From IMG/VR virus record IMGVR_UViG_641228504_000001: 64,000 bases of DNA, one strand, 5' to 3'. Under the pieces are notes generated by a model that made no database searches, had not been told where the DNA came from, and saw only the letters and a list, made by a program, of their open reading frames with translations. The stretch comes from a virus. Shown here one piece after another: positions 9,280 through 15,657 of the stretch; positions within the stretch are counted from its first letter, which is position 1; each line of letters starts with the position of its first letter. Made by a program: the position numbers and the translations under genes.

Positions 9280-9515
9280 CCGGGACAACCGGCGACAGCC
9301 CGCCGGCGCCGCCCCCAGGACCGGCCGTCGATCCGGCGCTGCGCTGCCTGGGTTGCGCCCCCGGGATCGTGGTCAAGACGCACCAGTGCGCCGGGGACCA
9401 GGAACTACTACGGCCTGCCGGTGGGTACTGCGGCTGCCAGGAACCGGGGTGTGGGCCGGGTCGACGTCGGCCACAGCGGCGTCGCCGGCTGAGTCCGGCC
9501 GCTGACGAACTCTGA
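9276..9515 (+). CDS. Small Cys-rich protein, 79 aa
   Basis: GTGA overlap; homolog 609-827. Confidence 0.5.
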   Translation: MTGTTGDSPPAPPPGPAVDPALRCLGCAPGIVVKTHQCAGDQELLRPAGGYCGCQEPGCGPGRRRPQRRRRLSPAADEL

Positions 9516-9532
9516 CCGACCGCAGACACGAC

Positions 9533-9568
9533 AACGCCCCGCCCGGCCGTGAGGCCAGGCGGGGCGTT
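9533..9568. terminator. Bidirectional terminator hairpin
   Basis: 16-bp stem with one mismatch and GTGA loop, between the + operon and mini-array 1. Confidence 0.75.
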
Positions 9569-9572
9569 TGTG

Positions 9573-9645
9573 CGACCCAACCCCACATACGTGGGGAGCA
9601 TGTCGCGAAGCGACAGTGGGTCATCCCCGCCTATGCGGGGACCAA
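9573..9645 (-). CRISPR. Mini-array 1: two type I-E-like 29-nt repeats with a 15-nt spacer
   Basis: TTGGT-CCCCGC-ATAG-GCGGGG-ATGACCCA / CTGTCGCTTCGCGAC / ATGCT-CCCCAC-GTAT-GTGGGG-TTGGGTCG; 5+6+4+6+8 geometry; first repeat 19/29 identical to the E. coli I-E repeat. Confidence 0.75.
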
Positions 9646-9652
9646 TGAACGG

Positions 9653-9681
9653 AGCGTACCCCCAAGCGTCTCGGCTGTCAG
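9653..9681 (-). promoter_or_regulatory. Putative promoter of mini-array 1, CTGACA-N17-TACGCT
   Basis: Predicted TSS near 9646, at the first base of the upstream repeat. Confidence 0.6.
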
Positions 9682-9728
9682 GCCCCGCCGGGGGCGGGTC
9701 GTTGTGGCAGGTCCGCACCACAGCCGTT

Positions 9729-9769
9729 CTATAGCATGCTTGACGTGTAGCTATAGCAGGCTATAGGCT
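9729..9769 (+). promoter_or_regulatory. Promoter TTGACG-N18-TAGGCT with three CTATAG palindromic operator candidates
   Basis: CTATAG at 9729, 9751 and 9761, overlapping the -35/-10 region. Confidence 0.6.
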
Positions 9770-9797
9770 GTTGGTATCCGAGCCACAGGAGGAAGCG

Positions 9798-10202
9798 ATG
9801 ACCACCGGAACCAGCATCGACGATCTCGCCCGGACCCTCGCCGACCATCACGGCATTGACACCCACGCTGCTGCCGTCGACACGGTGCGGGTGCATGTGG
9901 ATGAGATTCGCGACGACCCGGAGCTGTGGGACACCGCGACCCGAACCCTCACTTCGGCCGGCGTCGAGGTGATCACCCGTGCAGTTGACGCGTCGTACAG
10001 TGTCGGAGCCGTCGCCACAGCGGCTGCGCAGGTGCTGGTGGAGCTGGAAGAGGTGACCAGCGAGATCGGCCGCCTGACCGCCCGCCGCGAAGTGCTGGTG
10101 CGGACGGCAATGCGGCGGCATGAGCTGCGGCGAGACGATATCGCCGCAGCCGCCGGCGTGACGCCCGCCCGGCTCTACCAGATCCGCGACGGACGCCGCT
10201 GA
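9798..10202 (+). CDS. Two-domain protein: unknown N-terminus plus C-terminal HTH, 134 aa
   Basis: AGGAGG RBS; RDDIAAAAGVTPARLYQI HTH. Confidence 0.8.
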   Translation: MTTGTSIDDLARTLADHHGIDTHAAAVDTVRVHVDEIRDDPELWDTATRTLTSAGVEVITRAVDASYSVGAVATAAAQVLVELEEVTSEIGRLTARREVLVRTAMRRHELRRDDIAAAAGVTPARLYQIRDGRR

Positions 10203-10243
10203 GCCACTCATCACGTAAACAACTACACCTTAGGGTTCAGATT

Positions 10244-10675
10244 ATGGGTGACAAGATTATGGACAACAAATTCGACATCGAAGACGCCTCCGGTCGCCTA
10301 GGTGAGCTGGTTTGGGCTGCGGGGGAAGGGACGGACATTATCCTCACTCGCGATGGTGTACCTGCCGCCCGTCTGACGGCCACCGAAACCGAATATCTAG
10401 ACGGTGACGAGTACGAGAAACTCCTCCGGGATATCCATCTGTACAGCCGCGCGATGGCCGCGTTCGCGGTGGCTGAACATCCCAGCGGATACGACTTCGC
10501 GCGGGTCATCAACGCCCTCTGGCAGCGCATCCGTTTCAAGCTAGATGAGGTTGCGGCGGTGCCCCCTGGGGAGGTTCGCGAGCCGTTCGCCGACGAGGCC
10601 CGGGGTGTCCGGGAGGTGGCCCGTGCGGACGCCGAGGCAATCGCGGCTAGGCCATCAGCGCGGTGGGCCGACTGA
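10244..10675 (+). CDS. Phd/YefM antitoxin-like domain fused to unknown C-terminal domain, 143 aa
   Basis: IEDASGRLGELVWAAGEGTDIILTRDGVPAARL matches the Phd/YefM pattern; TAGGGT -10 lies 7 nt before ATG (leaderless). Confidence 0.7.
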   Translation: MGDKIMDNKFDIEDASGRLGELVWAAGEGTDIILTRDGVPAARLTATETEYLDGDEYEKLLRDIHLYSRAMAAFAVAEHPSGYDFARVINALWQRIRFKLDEVAAVPPGEVREPFADEARGVREVARADAEAIAARPSARWAD

Positions 10676-10682
10676 ACACAGA

Positions 10683-10719
10683 GACAGCCAGACCCCCGAC
10701 ATTCGGGGGTCTGGCTGTC
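10683..10719. terminator. Perfect 17-bp bidirectional hairpin
   Basis: GACAGCCAGACCCCCGA-CAT-TCGGGGGTCTGGCTGTC. Confidence 0.85.
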
Positions 10720-10720
10720 A

Positions 10721-10808
10721 CGATTAACCCACATGCATGGAGAGGTGTCTCCTATAGGAGACGGTATCCGGCCTACGACCGTGACACCTCCACATACGTG
10801 GAGAGGTG
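10721..10808 (-). CRISPR. Mini-array 2: I-E-like 29-nt repeat, 32-nt spacer, degenerate 27-nt repeat
   Basis: CACCT-CTCCAC-GTAT-GTGGAG-GTGTCACG / GTCGTAGGCCGGATACCGTCTCCTATAGGAGA / CACCTCTCCATGCATGTGGGTTAATCG. Confidence 0.75.
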
Positions 10809-10832
10809 GTGCTTCGGCCGTGGTAGCAGTTG

Positions 10833-10851
10833 CCTGCCCCATCGGGGCAGG
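10833..10851 (-). terminator. Hairpin downstream of holin
   Basis: CCTGCCCC-ATC-GGGGCAGG. Confidence 0.5.
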
Positions 10852-10868
10852 GGCGACATGCTCCGACC

Positions 10869-11123
10869 CTACCGCCCCGACACCTCGTACTTCGGCGCGG
10901 CCGGCGTGCCGAGTAGGACGCCCAGCCGTGGCCAGCGTGCCTCGGCCACCCGGACGAGGGCGTAGTAGCCGGCCATCGCCAGCGCCATCACGCCCACGGT
11001 GAGTGCGGTGGACGAGTCGGCGTCGATGACGATGCCCGCCGTCGAGGCCAGCCAGGCGAGCAGGGCGCCGACGGCGGCGGGGACCGCGGTGCGGATCAGG
11101 CTGATCAGGTAGTCGTGGGTCAT
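10869..11123 (-). CDS. Holin, 84 aa
   Basis: Two hydrophobic segments; IRT.VP..VG..L.WL and E.RWP.LG.LLG patterns; lies in the lysis cassette. Confidence 0.75.
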   Translation of the reverse strand: MTHDYLISLIRTAVPAAVGALLAWLASTAGIVIDADSSTALTVGVMALAMAGYYALVRVAEARWPRLGVLLGTPAAPKYEVSGR

Positions 11124-11458
11124 TGAATCTCCTCGTTCGGATAGGACCACTGGCCGCGGCCCTGGCCGTAGGGCACCGCGTACTCGCGGTATGTCTGGCC
11201 GAGCCCGAGGACGAGTAGGTCCACGGTGTCGTCGGGCAGCTCGGCGACGACGCCGTCCGGGCGGGCGGCTGTCTCGTGGGTCACGGTGGGGTCGCTGGCG
11301 CTGGCCACGGTGCGAGGCGTCGGCCCCCACCGCTCGATCACGGCGGGCACCGTCGTGTCGCGGGTGCGGATCACGATGGCGGGCGACACGACGTCGCCGA
11401 GCTGCCCGTTGTCGATCTTCGATTTGTAGTGGACGATGTGGCCGATGGTGGGCGGCAT
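11120..11458 (-). CDS. Conserved phage hypothetical (PTIGHIVHY)
   Basis: GGAGG RBS; coupled to holin. Confidence 0.7.
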   Translation of the reverse strand: MPPTIGHIVHYKSKIDNGQLGDVVSPAIVIRTRDTTVPAVIERWGPTPRTVASASDPTVTHETAARPDGVVAELPDDTVDLLVLGLGQTYREYAVPYGQGRGQWSYPNEEIQ

Positions 11459-11483
11459 GGTGCCTCCTGGTTAGGGTCAGGGG

Positions 11484-11783
11484 ATGGATGTGCCGTCACT
11501 GCCGCAGCGACAGCGGCTGCTCCTGGCCGAGCTGTCCGGCGTGGCCCGCCGGCACGGCACCGGCGATCGACGGGACGTGCCCCGCGAGGTGGCGGTTGCC
11601 GCGGTGCGGGCGGTCACCGACGATCCCGTGCTGCTGGGTATCCAGGCCGGGGTGGCGCTGGTGGACCCGCACGGCATCAACCGACCGATCGTGGAGCTGC
11701 TCCAGGCCGCTGGTGCGGACATGACGATCGCGCAGCAGCATGCGGCCGAGGTACGTGAACGGCTCGGCAGAAGCCTGCTGTAG
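11484..11783 (+). CDS. Opposite-strand moron in lysis cassette, 99 aa, unknown function
   Basis: TAGGGT -10 lies 6 nt before ATG; fits exactly in the intergenic gap. Confidence 0.6.
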   Translation: MDVPSLPQRQRLLLAELSGVARRHGTGDRRDVPREVAVAAVRAVTDDPVLLGIQAGVALVDPHGINRPIVELLQAAGADMTIAQQHAAEVRERLGRSLL

Positions 11784-11790
11784 CACGGGG

Positions 11791-12084
11791 TCAGTGCCCG
11801 GCCTGGTCGGCACCGGTGGCCTGGGCGATCCGGTCCACCTGGTCCTTGATCGAGCTGCCGCCGTTGGGGCGCAACTCCTCCAGGGCGTCCAGGCGGCCCT
11901 CGATGCGGACCACCCGGTCCATCAACCCGGGGCGCCCCTTGGAGAGGCCGGGCCGGGGTGGCTCGCCGAGCAGGTCGTCCGCGAGCCTGGCCAGCTTGCG
12001 GCTGGTGGCCAGCGTGCCGCGGACAGCGCGGCGAAGTACCTCGGCAGCGGTGCCGACGGCGGCGATTAAGAGCAGCATCTCCAC
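11791..12084 (-). CDS. Membrane-anchored lysis-cassette protein (PNGGSS motif)
   Basis: N-terminal hydrophobic segment; motif typical of actinophage genes next to the lysin. Confidence 0.65.
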   Translation of the reverse strand: MEMLLLIAAVGTAAEVLRRAVRGTLATSRKLARLADDLLGEPPRPGLSKGRPGLMDRVVRIEGRLDALEELRPNGGSSIKDQVDRIAQATGADQAGH

Positions 12085-12102
12085 CGTGAATCTCCCAGCG
12101 GG

Positions 12103-12921
12103 TTATCGAATCGGGTTTCGGAATGCGGCGTCCCACGTCTTACGGCCCAGCAGCCCATCCCGGGTGAGGCCCTGGTCCGCCTGGAACGCCTTGATCAGCG
12201 CCTGGTATTCCGGCCCGTACAGGCCATCGGCGCCGGCCTTGCGCAGGTAGCGGCGGCCCTTGCCCGCCGGCCAGCCGCGGCGGACAAGCTGCCTGGTCCA
12301 GGCGGTCAGCCATTGCCGGTCGGCCTTGCCCCGGAAGCGGCGACGGTAGTAGCCGGACACGGACCGGTTACCACGCTCGCGTGGGCCGAAGTAGTGCCCG
12401 GCCGGGAGCGGGAACGCCACCGCGGGCCTGGGCGCCGGCCGTGGCGGCACCGGTGCCGGCGTGCCGAGCTGGTCGAGTCGCCAGTCCGTACCCCGCACCG
12501 TGTCCGCAGCCTGGGTGAACTCCGACGTCACATGGCAGTGCCCGGTGTGCCGGTTCGACCCGGTGTAGGTGCGGGTGGTGAAGTCGTACCGGCGGTGCCA
12601 GATGCGGCCGTTGAAGATGATGTACCGCACCCACCACAAGGAACCGGTGCGGGCCAGTGTCACCCACAGTTGCACGACCTGCTCCATCGTGACGCCGTCC
12701 GGGTCGTTCAGGTCGGCGTCGAAGTCCCGGGCGCGTACCTCGTCGGCCGGGTCGCCGTCGCGGTGTTCGGGTCGGCCGGTCCGGTCCGGGTTGTGCGACG
12801 ACGGGTAGCCCTGGTGGGCGGTGTCGCCGATCGAACCGTCCGACCTTGTGTCGCGCCCCGGGAACCGCTGGTTGAGCTGATCGCGCGCTTCATTCAGATT
12901 CGGTACTACCGTCCACGTCAT
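12103..12921 (-). CDS. Endolysin (N-terminal peptidase-like catalytic domain, C-terminal peptidoglycan-binding domain)
   Basis: S.HNPD, RARDFD, YIIFNGRIW, H..H.HV motifs; DGLYG..A.KAFQ..DG.LG..TW binding domain. Confidence 0.88.
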   Translation of the reverse strand: MTWTVVPNLNEARDQLNQRFPGRDTRSDGSIGDTAHQGYPSSHNPDRTGRPEHRDGDPADEVRARDFDADLNDPDGVTMEQVVQLWVTLARTGSLWWVRYIIFNGRIWHRRYDFTTRTYTGSNRHTGHCHVTSEFTQAADTVRGTDWRLDQLGTPAPVPPRPAPRPAVAFPLPAGHYFGPRERGNRSVSGYYRRRFRGKADRQWLTAWTRQLVRRGWPAGKGRRYLRKAGADGLYGPEYQALIKAFQADQGLTRDGLLGRKTWDAAFRNPIR

Positions 12922-13045
12922 CGATGTTCACCTCCGTTGCTGGCCAGTCGGTCTGTTCGGGGTCGCTCCATGGGTCCGGGAGTTGGGGTCCGATGTGCTG
13001 CTCCGGGCTCTCGTCCGGGACCGGATGTGGAAATGTGGTGGGCAT
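12890..13045 (-). CDS. Small acidic protein, 51 aa (MPTTFPHPVPDESPEQHIG...)
   Basis: AGGGAG RBS; translated manually. Confidence 0.5.
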   Translation of the reverse strand: MPTTFPHPVPDESPEQHIGPQLPDPWSDPEQTDWPATEVNIDDVDGSTESE

Positions 13046-13083
13046 AGGTGTCTCCCTGTGGATTTACGGAAAAGGATCTGCGC

Positions 13084-13542
13084 TTAGGTCGCCTCATACG
13101 TGCCGGTGATAATCCATTGATCCCCGGCGGCCCACGCCATCGGAACTGCACTGCTGATATTGACAGTGGTCCCGTTATTGGTGGAGCTGCGCATGAAGTC
13201 GCCTGAGGTCGCGAAAACGCGGATCATGCCCATGTACGTCACTGATCCGATGCAAATGCAGGACAGCATGGTCGGCACCACCGGGGTAACCGGCAGGGAC
13301 ACATTCCAGGCACCCGTTCCAAGCGTGGACGTACTGCCGATGGTCAGCACAGTCCTGATCATGACAAGTTTGCCGGCCTGCATGTAATGGCCGGTCAACG
13401 TGCCATTACCTAGACTCGGCGCGGTGCCGGATGATCCCCACGTCGGGGCGTATGATTGCCATGCCGATGTCAAATTCTCGTACGAATCAAGATTTGACGC
13501 AAAAATTGTGCTTCCTGCCGGTAAATTCACTGGTGATGTCAC
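13084..13542 (-). CDS. Minor tail / tail-tip protein
   Basis: W.SYAPTWG..GNGTL.G.Y beta-rich pattern; follows the tail gene. Confidence 0.7.
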   Translation of the reverse strand: MTSPVNLPAGSTIFASNLDSYENLTSAWQSYAPTWGSSGTAPSLGNGTLTGHYMQAGKLVMIRTVLTIGSTSTLGTGAWNVSLPVTPVVPTMLSCICIGSVTYMGMIRVFATSGDFMRSSTNNGTTVNISSAVPMAWAAGDQWIITGTYEAT

Positions 13543-13551
13543 AGATCCTCC

Positions 13552-15657
13552 TCACAAGGCCGCTATCGCTGGCGCCCAGACCTGCACCGAGGTGCCGTCC
13601 GGCCACGCCCGGCCGACCCCGTTGACGGCCCGCCCGGACAGGGTCACGGTTTGGGTAAGTCCCGTGCCGGTGATGCCGGTGGCGGTGACGCGTTCCCCGC
13701 CGCCGATCAATAAGTCCAGCGGAAAGTCCGCGGCGCCTGTTGTCCAGGCGCCGTTTTCGGTGGTCGAGGTCATCGTCAGCGTCAACGTGGCAGCGTCCAC
13801 GGCGGCGATGGTGGAGCCGTCCGCCGCAACGCGTTGCGGGCCGTCGACGACGGCCACCGCGTACGGACCTGCGGGCACGCATACCAACCGCAGATCCCAG
13901 GTGTACTGGTCGATGGTCTCGGTGTACCCCTCGCTGTGCTGATCGATGGCGTCCGGGGGCAGCCACACGGGCGGGGAACCGATGGTCAGCCGGTCCCCGA
14001 CGTCCACTGCGGCGGCGGCGGTGATCAGCGTGGGTTTGCCCGCATGGCTGAGGGCGGCCAGGTCGACGCGGATGGTGGGGTAGCGGGCCTCATCCCATGT
14101 GCCGAGGTGGGTGCGCCATGACGCCTGGTCGGCGAGGTGGGAGTCGGAGGGGACGTTGACGGTCACTCGGTGGTCGTAGCGGCCGACACCATCCGGCGGC
14201 GCCGCCGTGGACAGCGGACCCGACGTCACCTCGGCCCGGTATGACGACCCGCCGGACCGTGAGGCAGTAACGTCGTTGCGGACGTGCCGGTCGTCGTCGA
14301 CGGGCTCCAGCGGCGGCGCTACCTCCCCGTCCGCGCCAAAGGTCAACGCGAGGGTGACGGGCTGGTTGTATCGGGACCGCACGGTTCGATAGGCCAGCCC
14401 CAGCACCTCACGCGGCTCGTAGAGGATGCCCTGGTCAACGTCCTCGCACTGCCTGATTAGCTCTAGCAGCGTGCCCGTGGGTTGCGCGCCCATCGTCACG
14501 GTGTCGTCGGGGTCGCCCACGATGTGACAGGTGGTGCCTTCCTCGTGGCACAGCCGCTCGATTCGCCGGCCAGCCGTCTCGCCAGCGTGTCCCGTGACGG
14601 CCGGAGCGACGGTTGTCCAGGTATCCGTGGATGGGGCCCGCCACACACCGATGTGGCCCAGCGCGGCCGTGCCATCCGTCCGTGGGCCGATATGTAGACG
14701 GTGCGGCACACCCGGTGATCCGGCCGTGGTGGTGGAGCTCCGGAGGGCACCGTCAATCCGCAGCGTGTAGGTGACGGTTCCGCCGCCGGCGTCGGCCGCC
14801 CCCACCTCAAGCCAATGCGGCAGCTCGTCGCTGTAGTCGGTAAAGTCAGTGAGAATATAGGTAAGGCTAGATGAATCGGGCCCGTAGGCCACCGCTGCCA
14901 CCAGCACGGACGACGCCGACAGCTCTATCCGCAGCTCGTCGTAGATGCTGTCGCCGGTCACCGCTGCCACCAGCACGTCCCAGGTCGCCCCGGTGCCGAA
15001 CTGGACCAGGACCCGGATAGCCCAATCGTCACCATCCGTGACGCCGGTGACCGGACCGGTCAGACCACCGGCGTCCCGCGACCAGTCCGGCAGGGGTGAC
15101 GAACCCGGCGATGTCACAGATGCCCAGGCGATCTCACCCGTCGCGGTCAGTGGGGTGCCACCAGGCAGCCCAGACGCGGCCTGGGTGGAACCGGAGCCGT
15201 CCTCAACCGGCCAGTACGACACCGGACCGGTCCCGGTGATCGCCCGATGCAGAGGGGACCTGAGCGGCGAGGCTCCCTGCCCGAGGCGACGCAGGACCCC
15301 CGACGCAGTGATGTCGACATACCGGTCAACCCCGGTCACCGACCACTGCGGCGGCCACGACGACACCTCCCCATAGAACCGGTCGTGAAGGGTTCCACCG
15401 GCGAGGCCAGCGGATACCCGCAGCGGAGTGTTGCGGCCAATCACGCCGTAGTAGGCACCGGTCGGCCGCCGTGGCGAGTAGCTACCGCTGCTGTTGTCCA
15501 GCCGCATCGAAGCGGTACCCCGGTCGACGCGGCGACCCTCGGCGGTCCGTCCCCGTGTGATCTTTACCGAGCCCCGCACATCCGCGGTGATGTCCACCCA
15601 CCCCAACGCCCCGAGATGGATCTCCACCCGGAACTCGAACCGAGCGGGGGCGCTCAT
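13552..15657 (-). CDS. Large minor tail protein, 701 aa (LamG-like insert)
   Basis: Directly after tape measure; WVDIT..V..I.RGR N-terminus; YWP.EDG motif. Confidence 0.8.
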   Translation of the reverse strand: MSAPARFEFRVEIHLGALGWVDITADVRGSVKITRGRTAEGRRVDRGTASMRLDNSSGSYSPRRPTGAYYGVIGRNTPLRVSAGLAGGTLHDRFYGEVSSWPPQWSVTGVDRYVDITASGVLRRLGQGASPLRSPLHRAITGTGPVSYWPVEDGSGSTQAASGLPGGTPLTATGEIAWASVTSPGSSPLPDWSRDAGGLTGPVTGVTDGDDWAIRVLVQFGTGATWDVLVAAVTGDSIYDELRIELSASSVLVAAVAYGPDSSSLTYILTDFTDYSDELPHWLEVGAADAGGGTVTYTLRIDGALRSSTTTAGSPGVPHRLHIGPRTDGTAALGHIGVWRAPSTDTWTTVAPAVTGHAGETAGRRIERLCHEEGTTCHIVGDPDDTVTMGAQPTGTLLELIRQCEDVDQGILYEPREVLGLAYRTVRSRYNQPVTLALTFGADGEVAPPLEPVDDDRHVRNDVTASRSGGSSYRAEVTSGPLSTAAPPDGVGRYDHRVTVNVPSDSHLADQASWRTHLGTWDEARYPTIRVDLAALSHAGKPTLITAAAAVDVGDRLTIGSPPVWLPPDAIDQHSEGYTETIDQYTWDLRLVCVPAGPYAVAVVDGPQRVAADGSTIAAVDAATLTLTMTSTTENGAWTTGAADFPLDLLIGGGERVTATGITGTGLTQTVTLSGRAVNGVGRAWPDGTSVQVWAPAIAAL

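Noticed and set aside
521-9568. Diversity-generating retroelement (template/variable repeat pair)
   Set aside because: No reverse transcriptase in the window; differences are not adenine-specific; the repeats are whole inverted gene modules.
9573-10808. Complete CRISPR-Cas system
   Set aside because: No cas1/2/3/5/6/7 genes, only one spacer per unit, and repeats differ from each other; reported as mini-arrays instead.
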